From contig CP006914.1 of assembly GCA_000503835.1 (NCBI GenBank), positions 45,790 to 109,789 of the forward strand: 64,000 bases of DNA, read 5' to 3'. This document shows, in pieces, positions 21,493 to 30,931 of this stretch (positions are counted from its first letter, which is position 1; every line of letters starts with the position of its first letter). The notes under the pieces were generated by a model. That model saw nothing but the letters and a program-made list of their open reading frames with translations. It had not been told where the DNA came from and did no database searches. The DNA is from a candidate division WWE3 bacterium RAAC2_WWE3_1 (GTDB lineage Bacteria > Patescibacteriota > WWE3 > UBA101185 > UBA10185). The position numbers and the translations under genes are program-made.

Positions 21493-21625
21493 GTTGAGGA
21501 TTGATACGGCGAAAGTCTGGATTTTTGCCGTAAATTAAGGTAATATAAGTCGCTTAATGCTGGAAACGTCCAAAAATAGCCGGCTCGTCCGGAAAAAGTA
21601 GTTTATAACAAGGGTTAAATTAGTG

Positions 21626-21650
21626 GGCGCCCCTTGGGCGCTAATTTTTT
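21626..21650 (+). terminator. Intrinsic-terminator-like element: GC hairpin (gcgccc-ctt-gggcgc) then aa + T6, ending 4 nt before the rplC ATG. Candidate attenuator in the 161-nt rpsJ–rplC spacer.
   Basis: Stem (6 bp GC), loop and T-run read directly; rplC has no SD. Confidence 0.5.
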
Positions 21651-21653
21651 GCC

Positions 21654-22082
21654 ATGAGCGAAAAGATAAAAGGAATAAAACTTAACATGAGCCAGATATT
21701 TCTCGATACGGGAAAAGTGATTCCTGTAACGGTAATTGGCAAAATCGACGATGATATTACGGCGGAGATGGAAAATAAACCGGTTCAGATTGTGGGAATT
21801 TCCAAAGGAAAAGGTTTTGCGGGCGGAATGAAGAGATGGCATTTCTCAGGAGGTCCCGCTACGGGCGGACAAAGTACAAAACCCAGAGCACCCGGATCAA
21901 TTGGTAGTCAGACACCGGGAAGGGTCAGAAAAGGTAAGAAAATGGCCGGAAGACTGGGCGGCGACAGGGTTACGATTAAAGGTTTAAAAATTGTAAGAGT
22001 AATGCCCGATCAAAAACAGCTCATGGTCTCAGGTCCTGTACCGGGGGCAAGAAATTCTAAAATTACGATCGAGCTAAAGTAA
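21654..22082 (+). CDS. rplC: 50S ribosomal protein L3, short form (142 aa)
   Basis: MSEKIKGIKLNMSQIFLDTGKVIPVTVIG...SKGKGFAGGMKRWHFSGGPATGGQS...PGSIGSQTPGRVRKGKKMAGRLGGDRVTIKGLKIVRV. About 60-70 aa shorter than typical bacterial L3 between the PVTVI and GKGFAG blocks; in frame, no stops. Confidence 0.88.
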   Translation: MSEKIKGIKLNMSQIFLDTGKVIPVTVIGKIDDDITAEMENKPVQIVGISKGKGFAGGMKRWHFSGGPATGGQSTKPRAPGSIGSQTPGRVRKGKKMAGRLGGDRVTIKGLKIVRVMPDQKQLMVSGPVPGARNSKITIELK

Positions 22083-22083
22083 T

Positions 22084-22707
22084 ATGAAAAAAGTAGTATT
22101 GGATAACAAAGGAAAAAAGGTCGAAGAAATAACCCTCCGTGATGAGGTGTTTAAATCGGAGCCCAACGACAGTGTTTTGACCCAATACATAAGAGTTTAT
22201 ACAACCAACCAAAGAACGGGTACTTCCAAGACCCGATCGAAAGGTGAAGTGGCCGGCGGCGGAGCTAAGCCCTGGAGACAAAAAGGTACCGGCAGGGCAA
22301 GGGCAGGATCTTCCAGAAGTCCTTTGTGGGTTCATGGAGGAGTAACTCACGGTCCGCTTCCGAAGGATTGGACCCTAAAACTGCCGAAGAAAATGAAGAA
22401 ATTGGCTATGAGATCGGCACTTTCGTTGAAAGAGGCTGCAGACGCCCTTTTTGTGGTCAACGGACTGGGTATAGAAAAAATATCCACATCCGGAATGGCG
22501 TCTGTTGTGAAGACGCTCGGACTCAAAGGCAGAGTCCTTTACGTTTGGAATAAAAAAGATGACAAGGTAATGAAAAGCATCTCCAACCTGAACAATATAA
22601 GGGCAGCTTTTTCGGGTTCTCTGAACCCTTACGATCTTATATCCGCGAAGATGGTCCTATTTGAAAAAGACGCCGTGCTTGATATAAACGAGAGGTTTAA
22701 AAAATGA
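22084..22707 (+). CDS. rplD: 50S ribosomal protein L4
   Basis: 207 aa, L4/L1e-like sequence, placed between rplC and rplW. Confidence 0.9.
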   Translation: MKKVVLDNKGKKVEEITLRDEVFKSEPNDSVLTQYIRVYTTNQRTGTSKTRSKGEVAGGGAKPWRQKGTGRARAGSSRSPLWVHGGVTHGPLPKDWTLKLPKKMKKLAMRSALSLKEAADALFVVNGLGIEKISTSGMASVVKTLGLKGRVLYVWNKKDDKVMKSISNLNNIRAAFSGSLNPYDLISAKMVLFEKDAVLDINERFKK

Positions 22708-22994
22708 GATTAAATAACCTGATATACAAACCAATAGTTACTGAAAAAACGTACGCCCAGGCTACCGACGGCCAGTATTCTTTTAAGGTCGCCATGGATG
22801 CCTCCAAGGAAACTGTGGCAAAAGAGATAGAGAAGATATATGGGGTCAAGGTTACGGCGGTTAAGACCATTGTTGTACCCGGAAAACCCAGAAGGGTAAC
22901 GGGAACGAGGAGACACTCAGGGAGAGTTAAATGGAAAAAAGCCACAGTAAAGTTAAAGGAAGGCCAGACAATTGATATAATGCCGAAGGAATAA
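22704..22994 (+). CDS. rplW: 50S ribosomal protein L23
   Basis: 96 aa, MRLNNLIYKPIVTEKTY...; overlaps the rplD stop. Confidence 0.9.
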   Translation: MRLNNLIYKPIVTEKTYAQATDGQYSFKVAMDASKETVAKEIEKIYGVKVTAVKTIVVPGKPRRVTGTRRHSGRVKWKKATVKLKEGQTIDIMPKE

Positions 22995-22996
22995 AT

Positions 22997-23830
22997 ATGC
23001 TAAAAAGATATAAACCTACAAGTCAAGGACAGCGAACCAGAAAAACTCTCGTGAGAGAGGTGAGTAAGGAAAGACCTGTAAAATCCCTAACATCGGCATT
23101 GAAGGGTCCCGCAGGAAGAAATCGCGGCAGGATAGCCACCAGATACAGAGAAAGAGGCACAAAAAAGAGATACAGAGTCATAGATTTCAAAAGGAACAAA
23201 CTGTTCATACCGGCAAAGGTGGCCTCTATAGAGTACGACCCCAACAGAGGTTCGGACATTGCCTTGATTAACTTTATAGACGGTGAGAAGAGGTATATAC
23301 TTGCCCCCGAAGGTTTAGCCATAGGCATGGAGGTCGTTTCAGGTCCGGAGGCCGAGTTAAATCCGGGAAACGCGCTTCCCCTGGAAAACATTCCTTTGGG
23401 AACTTCCGTTCACAATATCGAGGTAAATATCGGAGGCGGGGGTGTGTTGGCGAGAGGCGCGGGGAATTCCGCTCAGGTTTTGGCTAAAGAAGGGGCATAC
23501 GTTAATCTGAGGCTTCCGAGTGGAGAAGTAAAGAAAATACTGGGAAAGTGCTATGCTTCAGTCGGCACGTTATCCAACCCCGACATCAGGAATGTGCGGT
23601 TAGGAAAGGCCGGAAGGAAAAGATACCTTGGCTTTAGACCTCACGTTCGTGGTGTGGCGATGGCAAATCCGAAGAAAGACCATCCGCACGCAGGTAAGTA
23701 CGGTACGACAGGTATCGGAAGACCGGCGCCTTTATCTCCCTGGGGATGGAAAACAAGGGGTGTTAAGAGCAGAAAACGTGTTCACACTGACTACACCATA
23801 GTTAAAAAGAGGGAGAAAAAGAAAAGGTAG
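22997..23830 (+). CDS. rplB: 50S ribosomal protein L2
   Basis: 277 aa, ...[21 protein letters not shown]...[34 protein letters not shown]-like. Confidence 0.94.
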   Translation: [277 protein letters not shown]

Positions 23831-23859
23831 GTTAACCTAATTATCTTAAGGATCCAACT

Positions 23860-24129
23860 ATGTCAAGATCGCTAAAAAAAGGAATATATACGGACGAAAA
23901 ATTAATGAAAAAGGTAAAGACAGCCCTTTCTTCAGGAGTCAGAACTCCCATAAAGACGTGGGCAAGAAGATCTACGGTTGTTCCGGAGATGGTAGGTTTG
24001 ACGTTCGACGTGCACAACGGGAAAAAACACATTCCCGTTTTTGTAACTGAATCCATGGTCGGTCACAAATTGGGAGAGTTTGCACCCACAAGGACGTTCA
24101 GGGCGCACTCCTCTAAGAAAGTGGCATAA
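23860..24129 (+). CDS. rpsS: 30S ribosomal protein S19
   Basis: [15 protein letters not shown]...[30 protein letters not shown]. Confidence 0.94.
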   Translation: MSRSLKKGIYTDEKLMKKVKTALSSGVRTPIKTWARRSTVVPEMVGLTFDVHNGKKHIPVFVTESMVGHKLGEFAPTRTFRAHSSKKVA

Positions 24130-24134
24130 AAAAT

Positions 24135-24488
24135 ATGAACAAGTCTGAGGTATACGCAAAACACATGAAAGCAAGAATATCGCCTAAGAAGGTAGCTCCG
24201 GTAATGGACCTAGTCAGAGGAAAATCCGTTCAGGAAGCAAAGTTGATATTGTCTTTCGACAGAACAAAAGCTGCTGCTTTGGTTCTGAAAGTGTTAAGAT
24301 CGGCCGAGGCCAACGCTGTAAATAACAACAAGTTTGACAAAAAGAGTCTGGTACTTTCCGAACTTTGGGTCAGCGGCGGGCCTGTTTCTAAAAGCGGTCA
24401 GTTTGTTGCAAAAGGAAGGTTCAGCCCTATTTTAAAAAGAACGAGTCATATTTATGTTGGTTTAAGTCAGGCAGGAAAAAAGGTTTAA
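24135..24488 (+). CDS. rplV: 50S ribosomal protein L22
   Basis: 117 aa, an ...ARISPKKVAPVMDLVRGKSVQEA... L22 fold, in position. Confidence 0.9.
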   Translation: MNKSEVYAKHMKARISPKKVAPVMDLVRGKSVQEAKLILSFDRTKAAALVLKVLRSAEANAVNNNKFDKKSLVLSELWVSGGPVSKSGQFVAKGRFSPILKRTSHIYVGLSQAGKKV

Positions 24489-24491
24489 AAC

Positions 24492-25124
24492 ATGGGACAA
24501 AAAATAAACCCGGTAGGGTATAGATTAGGAATATCCAGAGACTGGCAGTCAAGATGGTACGCTCCGGCATCGTCTTATGCAGATGTTGCTCACGAGGATA
24601 TAAGGATAAGAAAGTACCTTAAGAAGAAACTCGATATGGCCGGTTTGAAGGAGATAGATATTGAAAGGACCGAGAACGATATCAGCATTACCGTGAGAGT
24701 GTCCAAACCCGGAGTAGTCATCGGAAGAGGTGGTACAGGCGTCGAAGAAATAGAAAAAGATATCAAGAAGCTTACGAAGGCCAAAGTCAAGATTACGGCA
24801 GAGGAGGTAAAATCCCCGGAGATCGAAGCACAACTTGTAGGGGACTATATAGCCAGACAGATAAAAAGAAGGATGCCTTACAGGAGAGTTGTTAAGTTTG
24901 CTTTAAGCGGGGCGATGGATAAAGGAGCAAAAGGTATAAAAATAAGATTGTCGGGAGTTTTGAGCGGAAGTAACACAATAGCTAGGTCCGAGCAGTACAC
25001 ATTAGGTTCCATTCCTCTGCAAACGTTAAGAGCAGACATCGATTATGCTCAAATTGACTGTCACTTACTTTACGGGACTATTGGCATCAAAGTATGGATT
25101 TATAAAGGTGAGAAGACAATTTAA
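24492..25124 (+). CDS. rpsC: 30S ribosomal protein S3
   Basis: MGQKINPVGYRLGISRDWQSRWYA... KH domain, 210 aa. Confidence 0.94.
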   Translation: MGQKINPVGYRLGISRDWQSRWYAPASSYADVAHEDIRIRKYLKKKLDMAGLKEIDIERTENDISITVRVSKPGVVIGRGGTGVEEIEKDIKKLTKAKVKITAEEVKSPEIEAQLVGDYIARQIKRRMPYRRVVKFALSGAMDKGAKGIKIRLSGVLSGSNTIARSEQYTLGSIPLQTLRADIDYAQIDCHLLYGTIGIKVWIYKGEKTI

Positions 25125-25126
25125 CT

Positions 25127-25534
25127 ATGTTGATGCCGAAGAAAGTAAAATTTAGGAAACAGCAAAGAGGTAATAACAAAGGTATTGCCGTGAGAGGTTC
25201 GAAGATTGTTTACGGCGATTATGCAATAAAAGCGGCAGACAGGGGACTTTTGACCTCAAGACAAATAGAGGCCGCCAGAAAGGCTGTCATGCACGAAACA
25301 AAAAGAGGCGGCAAGCTGTGGATCAGAGTTTTTCCCGACAAACCTGTTGTTGCAAAGCCTGCAGAAACAAGGATGGGTAGTGGAAAAGCCAACACCGATC
25401 ATTATTCGGCAGTCATTAAGCCGGGAAAAGTAGTGTTTGAAATCGGCGGTGTGACCAGGGAACTTGCTAAGCATGCTTTTAAAAAAGCCGCGGCCAAACT
25501 TCCTATTAAAATGAGGTTCGTGTCTAAGGAATAA
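25127..25534 (+). CDS. rplP: 50S ribosomal protein L16
   Basis: MLMPKKVKFRKQQRGNNKGIAVRG... Confidence 0.94.
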   Translation: MLMPKKVKFRKQQRGNNKGIAVRGSKIVYGDYAIKAADRGLLTSRQIEAARKAVMHETKRGGKLWIRVFPDKPVVAKPAETRMGSGKANTDHYSAVIKPGKVVFEIGGVTRELAKHAFKKAAAKLPIKMRFVSKE

Positions 25535-25538
25535 ATAT

Positions 25539-25751
25539 ATGAACGCCAAAGAACTAAGACAAAAAAATGATCAGGAACTTTTGGATTCAAAGAAGAATCT
25601 GGAAAAAGAAATAAGGGAAGTATCGCTTAACACTTTACAGGGTAAGGAGAAAAATGTTAAAAAGGCAGGGTTGCTCAGAAGAGACTTGTCCAGAATCCTT
25701 ACTGTTATAAACGAGAAGAAAATTTTGAGCTCCGAAAAGGTCGGAGATTAA
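25539..25751 (+). CDS. rpmC: 50S ribosomal protein L29
   Basis: 70 aa, MNAKELRQKNDQELLD...; in position. Confidence 0.85.
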   Translation: MNAKELRQKNDQELLDSKKNLEKEIREVSLNTLQGKEKNVKKAGLLRRDLSRILTVINEKKILSSEKVGD

Positions 25752-25752
25752 C

Positions 25753-26016
25753 ATGACAGAAAAAATAACAAGCGCAAGAAGAATAAAAGGAAAAGTCGTT
25801 TCTACTAAGATGCAGAAAACTGTGGTGGTAAAAATAGATATTTCCACGAGACACCCTTTGTACAGCAAACCTGTGAAGACAAATAAGAGATTAAAAGCCA
25901 GAGATGAAATAGGAGTGCCCGTAGGTGCGGAAGTAATAGTTGAGGAATGCGCACCGTTCAGTAAAGAGGTCACCTGGAGAGTTGTGGAAGTAGTAAAAGG
26001 ATCGGAGGGAAAATAG
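25753..26016 (+). CDS. rpsQ: 30S ribosomal protein S17
   Basis: 87 aa, ...KGKVVSTKMQKTVVVKID...; in position. Confidence 0.9.
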   Translation: MTEKITSARRIKGKVVSTKMQKTVVVKIDISTRHPLYSKPVKTNKRLKARDEIGVPVGAEVIVEECAPFSKEVTWRVVEVVKGSEGK

Positions 26017-26017
26017 A

Positions 26018-26383
26018 ATGCTTCAGATCGGTACCACAGTTAATTTGGCGGATAATTCGGGAGCCAGGAGATTAAAAATAATCGGCATTCCGGGTTCCAG
26101 GAAAACCGTTGCAAAAATAGGCGACCTGGTCACCGCAGTGGTAAAAGGTGCCGATTCCGCAGGTACGGTTAAAGATCACACAGTTGTTAAAGCCATAGTT
26201 GTGAGAACCAAAAAAGAGGTAAGAAGAAAAGACGGTAGCTATATACGATTTGATGACAACGCGGCCGTCGTCGTTGATAAAGACAGAAATTTGATAGGCA
26301 CCCGCATCTTCGGTCCTATCGCCAGGGAGATCAGAGATAGGGGACTTTTGAAGATAGTATCTTTGGCAAAAGAGGTTTGGTAA
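26018..26383 (+). CDS. rplN: 50S ribosomal protein L14
   Basis: MLQIGTTVNLADNSGARRLKIIGIPGS... Confidence 0.94.
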   Translation: MLQIGTTVNLADNSGARRLKIIGIPGSRKTVAKIGDLVTAVVKGADSAGTVKDHTVVKAIVVRTKKEVRRKDGSYIRFDDNAAVVVDKDRNLIGTRIFGPIAREIRDRGLLKIVSLAKEVW

Positions 26384-26387
26384 AAAT

Positions 26388-26705
26388 ATGAAAGTTAAAA
26401 AAGACGACAAAGTAAAAATAATAGCAGGAAAAGATAAAGGCAAAACCGGCAAAGTGCTGAAGGTGTTTCCTGCAAAAGGAAAAGTTATTGTTGAAGGCGT
26501 GAACATTATAAAGAAACACGTAAAGCCCGGTAAGGTCTCAAAAGAGGGCGGAATAATAAGTATGGAGAAACCGGTCAATATCTCGAACGTAATGTTGGTC
26601 GACCAAAAGTCGGGAAATCCGATAAGGATCGGATACAAGATCATAGATGGGAAGAAGTACAGAATAAATAAAAAGTCAGGCGAGGTTATTGAACTTAAGA
26701 AATAA
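26388..26705 (+). CDS. rplX: 50S ribosomal protein L24
   Basis: MKVKKDDKVKIIAGKDKGKTGKVLKV... KOW motif. Confidence 0.92.
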   Translation: MKVKKDDKVKIIAGKDKGKTGKVLKVFPAKGKVIVEGVNIIKKHVKPGKVSKEGGIISMEKPVNISNVMLVDQKSGNPIRIGYKIIDGKKYRINKKSGEVIELKK

Positions 26706-26707
26706 AT

Positions 26708-27253
26708 ATGAACAGACTTAGAGAAAAATATATTAAAGAAATAGCACCAAAAATGATGAAGGAACTAAAACTTTCTAACGTCATGGCTTTGCCCAGGATA
26801 TTAAAAGTTTCTATAAATTCCGGCGTCGGTCCTTTCAGAGAGAACAGAGAGGCTTTGGATTCTTTTGTCGAGGAACTCTCTTCGCTCGCAGGTCAGAAGG
26901 TTTACCCCAGAAAGGCACGTCAGTCCGTAGCCGGGTTTAAAATAAGAAAAGGTGATATAGTGGGTTACTCGGTAACTTTGAGGGGTGAAAGGATGTGGGC
27001 GTTCCTGGACAAATTGATAAACATCGCGATTCCCAGGGTCAGAGACTTCAGGGGTTTAGATGACATGTCCTTCGACGGCAATGGAAATTATTCCCTTGGC
27101 ATCAGAGAACACGTTATTTTCCCGGAGGTAAACCCGAACACGACCAAAGGCCTAAGAAGTATGCAGATAACGGTGGTTTTCAGCACTCCCGAAGTCGAAC
27201 ATAGCAAATATTTACTTGCAGAATTGGGAATGCCGTTCAGGAAGGACGATTGA
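26708..27253 (+). CDS. rplE: 50S ribosomal protein L5
   Basis: 181 aa, ...[18 protein letters not shown]... Confidence 0.93.
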   Translation: MNRLREKYIKEIAPKMMKELKLSNVMALPRILKVSINSGVGPFRENREALDSFVEELSSLAGQKVYPRKARQSVAGFKIRKGDIVGYSVTLRGERMWAFLDKLINIAIPRVRDFRGLDDMSFDGNGNYSLGIREHVIFPEVNPNTTKGLRSMQITVVFSTPEVEHSKYLLAELGMPFRKDD

Positions 27254-27254
27254 T

Positions 27255-27440
27255 ATGGCAAAAAAGTCATTAATAGCAAAACAAAAAAGAGAAGCAAAGT
27301 TCAGCTCAAGGGCATATCACAGGTGTCCGCTTTGCGGAAATCCGAGAGGATACTACAGAAGGTTTAAGATGTGCAGGAAGTGTTTTAGGGAGCTTGCTCA
27401 CAAAGGCGAGTTGCCCGGAATAAGAAAGTCGAGCTGGTAA
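27255..27440 (+). CDS. rpsZ: 30S ribosomal protein S14, zinc-binding type Z (61 aa)
   Basis: [48 protein letters not shown]: C4 zinc ribbon. The track ORF from 27216 overlaps rplE; ATG 27255 was chosen. Confidence 0.9.
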   Translation: MAKKSLIAKQKREAKFSSRAYHRCPLCGNPRGYYRRFKMCRKCFRELAHKGELPGIRKSSW

Positions 27441-27442
27441 AT

Positions 27443-27841
27443 ATGAGCATGGATAGGTTATCGAACATGTTAAGCGCACTAAAGAACGCCTCAATGGCCG
27501 GTAAGCCGGTTGTAGAGATAATGTATTCCAAAGAATGTGAGGAAGTGGCCAAGGTCTTAAGAGAAAAGGGTTTCTTGGAGAGCGTGAAAGTATTCAAGCC
27601 GGAAAAAACATCGGTAAAGAGAATACATATAGAGTTGGCAAAAGCCGATGGTATTTTTACTCTTACCGAGACGAGAAGGGTATCAAAACCCGGAAGAAGA
27701 ATATACAGAGGAGCCGATGAGATCGGTACCTTCAAAAGAGGCTTCGGTGTTATGGTTGTTTCAACTTCGAAAGGTATCATGAGCTCCGGTGAGGCCAGAA
27801 AGAAGAAAATCGGCGGAGAAATCCTCTGCGAGGTTTATTAA
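27443..27841 (+). CDS. rpsH: 30S ribosomal protein S8
   Basis: 132 aa, MSMDRLSNMLSALKNA... Confidence 0.93.
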   Translation: MSMDRLSNMLSALKNASMAGKPVVEIMYSKECEEVAKVLREKGFLESVKVFKPEKTSVKRIHIELAKADGIFTLTETRRVSKPGRRIYRGADEIGTFKRGFGVMVVSTSKGIMSSGEARKKKIGGEILCEVY

Positions 27842-27843
27842 AT

Positions 27844-28392
27844 ATGAGTAGATTAGGCAAGTTGCCGATAAAAATACCCGCGGGGGTCACATTTGAGATT
27901 AAGGATTCTTCGATTACCGTAAAGGGACCGAAAGGGGAGCTCAAACTTAATGTCAGGCCTGAGGTGGCTGTACAGGTTGAGGGTGACGAGGCAAAGGTCT
28001 CGGTAGCCATCGACACCAAGCAGTCAGGTGCTTTTTGGGGTATGACCAGATCTTTGGTTGCCAATATGGTAGAGGGAGTGACCGATGGGTTTAACAAGAA
28101 TCTTGAGCTTATCGGAGTAGGCTACAGGGTTAAGCAGGAAGCTCCCGATACAATTTCGCTGACCTTGGGTTTTTCACACCCGGTTCGTATAAAAGCTCCG
28201 GAAGGTGTTAAATTTGAGGTCGGGGAAAATCAGACACTGACAGTTAAAGGTATAGATAAAGATCTGGTGGGTCTCACAGCCGCGAAGATAAGAAAGCTCA
28301 GGAAACCCGAACCCTACAAAGGTAAAGGAATAAGATACGCGGGCGAAAAAGTTAGAAGAAAGGCCGGAAAAGCAGCGAAATCGGCTAAGTAG
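27844..28392 (+). CDS. rplF: 50S ribosomal protein L6
   Basis: [33 protein letters not shown]... Confidence 0.93.
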   Translation: MSRLGKLPIKIPAGVTFEIKDSSITVKGPKGELKLNVRPEVAVQVEGDEAKVSVAIDTKQSGAFWGMTRSLVANMVEGVTDGFNKNLELIGVGYRVKQEAPDTISLTLGFSHPVRIKAPEGVKFEVGENQTLTVKGIDKDLVGLTAAKIRKLRKPEPYKGKGIRYAGEKVRRKAGKAAKSAK

Positions 28393-28414
28393 TAAGTATT
28401 TATTAAAATATGAT

Positions 28415-28774
28415 ATGTATAAAGTAAATTTAAGAAAAACAAATATTGAAAGACGAAAACTGAGAGTGAGAAAAAAAATCTCGGGAACCGGCACGACGCC
28501 CAGGATCTCTGTTTTTAGAACTAACAAGCACATTTACGCTCAGCTTATAGATGATGTTAAAGGGCATACCATTGCCTCGGTGTCCGTAGAAATAGAAAAG
28601 ACCGTAAAAGGAAAGACTAAGACCGAAATAGCATTTGAGGCGGGAAAAGCATTAGCCGAAAAAGCCAAAGAGAAAAAGATAAAAGAAGCAGTATTCGACA
28701 GGAACGGTTTCCGATTTCACGGAAGAGTAAAAGCTTTAGCTGAAGGAGCCAGAGAAGGGGGCTTAAAATTATGA
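28415..28774 (+). CDS. rplR: 50S ribosomal protein L18
   Basis: 119 aa, ...[18 protein letters not shown]... Confidence 0.9.
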   Translation: MYKVNLRKTNIERRKLRVRKKISGTGTTPRISVFRTNKHIYAQLIDDVKGHTIASVSVEIEKTVKGKTKTEIAFEAGKALAEKAKEKKIKEAVFDRNGFRFHGRVKALAEGAREGGLKL

Positions 28775-29229
28775 TAACTGCAGATGTGAACACGGCGAAA
28801 TTTGACGAGATTGAAGAAAAGGTTTTGGAAATAAAAAGAGTTTCCAAGAAGACCAAGGGAGGCAATACAATTGCCTTTGCAGTACTTGTCGTTGTGGGAA
28901 ACAATAACGGCAGGGTCGGCGTAGGTTACGGTAAAGCGCCCGACGTGGCAACCTCTATAAACAAAGCTGTGGGTAAAGCAAAAAGATCGATGGTCGAAAT
29001 TAAATTAAACGGTCCGACCATATCCCACGAAGTCATCGCAAAATATGAATCAGCCAAGGTTTTCTTAAAACCCGCACCAAAAGGTACAGGGGTTATAGCG
29101 GGAGGCGCCGTACGCCCGGTCTTAGAGCTGGCAGGAATAAGAGATATTTCAGCAAAAATGATCGGCGCCAATAATAAGATAAGCAACGTGAGATGTACTT
29201 TAAAGGCTTTAAAGAAGCTTAAAGGATAA
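28771..29229 (+). CDS. rpsE: 30S ribosomal protein S5
   Basis: ...[35 protein letters not shown]... Confidence 0.93.
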   Translation: MITADVNTAKFDEIEEKVLEIKRVSKKTKGGNTIAFAVLVVVGNNNGRVGVGYGKAPDVATSINKAVGKAKRSMVEIKLNGPTISHEVIAKYESAKVFLKPAPKGTGVIAGGAVRPVLELAGIRDISAKMIGANNKISNVRCTLKALKKLKG

Positions 29230-29233
29230 ATAT

Positions 29234-29671
29234 ATGGATCTATCTAATTTACAAAGTATAAAAGAACACAGGAAATCAAAAAGATTAGGACGTGGGTACG
29301 GCTCAGGCAAGGGGGGACACACCGTCGGCAGGGGTATGAAAGGCCAGAAATCCAGAAAAGGGCATAAAATAGCCGTAGGGTTTGAAGGAGGTCAGGTGCC
29401 CCTTTATAAAAGACTCCCCCAGCTTGGCGGATTTAAGGCCTTAAAAAAACCCGTAGCAATAAGGCTGTCCGAACTGAATAAGTTCGACGAAGGTACGGAA
29501 GTAAGTCCGGAAATTCTCCTGAAGAAAAGAATTATTAGAAGTATCCCGCGCCTTGGTGTTAAAATCATTGGTGGAGGAAGCCTTAAAAAGAAACTGATCC
29601 TTAAAGGATTCTCTTATTCTAAAGGAGTTTTTGAGGAAGCAAAGAAATCGGGCTCTACCCTAAATGATTAA
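29234..29671 (+). CDS. rplO: 50S ribosomal protein L15 (follows S5 directly; no L30 gene)
   Basis: MDLSNLQS...RLGRGYGSGKGGHTVGRG..., 4 nt after the rpsE stop. Confidence 0.92.
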   Translation: MDLSNLQSIKEHRKSKRLGRGYGSGKGGHTVGRGMKGQKSRKGHKIAVGFEGGQVPLYKRLPQLGGFKALKKPVAIRLSELNKFDEGTEVSPEILLKKRIIRSIPRLGVKIIGGGSLKKKLILKGFSYSKGVFEEAKKSGSTLND

Positions 29672-30920
29672 ACTATTCAGATATCCTGAAGTAAGACAAA
29701 AAATTATTTTCACTTTATCAATAATCGTTATTTTTAGGCTCCTGGCTCATGTGCCGGTTCCGGGCGTTGATATTGCTACCGTCAGAGCATTTTTGTCCGG
29801 CAATGCATTATTCGGGATGTTCGACCTTTTCAGCGGGGGCGGGTTTCAGAACTTTTCAATCGTGACTCTCGGTTTAGGGCCCTACATAAACGCGTCCATT
29901 ATTATGCAGCTTCTGACGGTTATGGTCCCCTCACTTGAAGAAATGGCTAAAGAGGGCGAGTACGGAAGAGAGAGAATAAATCTTTACACAAAATATTTGA
30001 GTGTCCCTATGACGATAATTCAGGCTTACGGAATATACTTTTTACTGAACAAACAGGGAGCTCTTCCTCCGCTTAACCCCGTAGATCTTTTGGTTTTAAT
30101 GGTGACGATGTCGGCGGGTGCAATGTTTTTGGTATGGCTGGGAGACCTGGTTACCGAACGCGGTGTGGGCAATGGAGTGTCACTATTGATTTTCGTAGGA
30201 ATAATAAGCAGGTTTCCTCAGCAGATATATACCTATATAGCAACCCTTACGCCGGACACGGTATTTAACGCCCTCCTGTTCGGCGTCCTGGCTGTTATGA
30301 TTGTCGCAAGTGTAGTCCTGGTTAATGAGGGAACAAGGAATCTCGTTATAGAATACGGAAGAACAGGCACCAGAAGCCAGAAAGTTACCAATTACCTTCC
30401 GCTTAAAATCAATCAGGCGGGTGTCATACCCATAATTTTTGCCGTTTCAGTCGTTTTAGTGCCTTCTCTCTTAGCGGGTCCGATGACGGCTTCAGGCAAT
30501 AGCGCGTTGCAGGAAATAGGCAGATTTTTGGCGAACAATTTCGGACAGAACGATGCTGCTTACAACATTTTATATTTTCTGTTGGTTGTAGCGTTCACAT
30601 TTTTTTATACGGGAATCCAATTCAGCCCTCAAAAGATTGCCGACGATGTCAAAAAACGCGGAGGTTTTATTCCCGGAATAAGACCCGGTATGGGTACTGC
30701 GCGCTACCTCAAAAGTGTCGTGAATAGAATAACTTTGTTCGGTGCGGTTTTCCTGGGTTTGATAGCGATACTTCCTTTCTTTTTTCAGCAATCCGGCAGT
30801 GTAACGGCAATGACTGTCGGAGGCACAAGCCTTTTGATTGTGGTCTCCGTTGTACTTGAGACGATAAGACAGACCGAGTCGCTAATGGTAACAAGAAGTT
30901 ATGATAAGTTTTTGTTCTAA
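29664..30920 (+). CDS. secY: Preprotein translocase subunit SecY
   Basis: 418 aa, 10 TM helices, conserved SecY blocks. Confidence 0.93.
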   Translation: MIKLFRYPEVRQKIIFTLSIIVIFRLLAHVPVPGVDIATVRAFLSGNALFGMFDLFSGGGFQNFSIVTLGLGPYINASIIMQLLTVMVPSLEEMAKEGEYGRERINLYTKYLSVPMTIIQAYGIYFLLNKQGALPPLNPVDLLVLMVTMSAGAMFLVWLGDLVTERGVGNGVSLLIFVGIISRFPQQIYTYIATLTPDTVFNALLFGVLAVMIVASVVLVNEGTRNLVIEYGRTGTRSQKVTNYLPLKINQAGVIPIIFAVSVVLVPSLLAGPMTASGNSALQEIGRFLANNFGQNDAAYNILYFLLVVAFTFFYTGIQFSPQKIADDVKKRGGFIPGIRPGMGTARYLKSVVNRITLFGAVFLGLIAILPFFFQQSGSVTAMTVGGTSLLIVVSVVLETIRQTESLMVTRSYDKFLF

Positions 30921-30931
30921 GGAGGCTCAAT

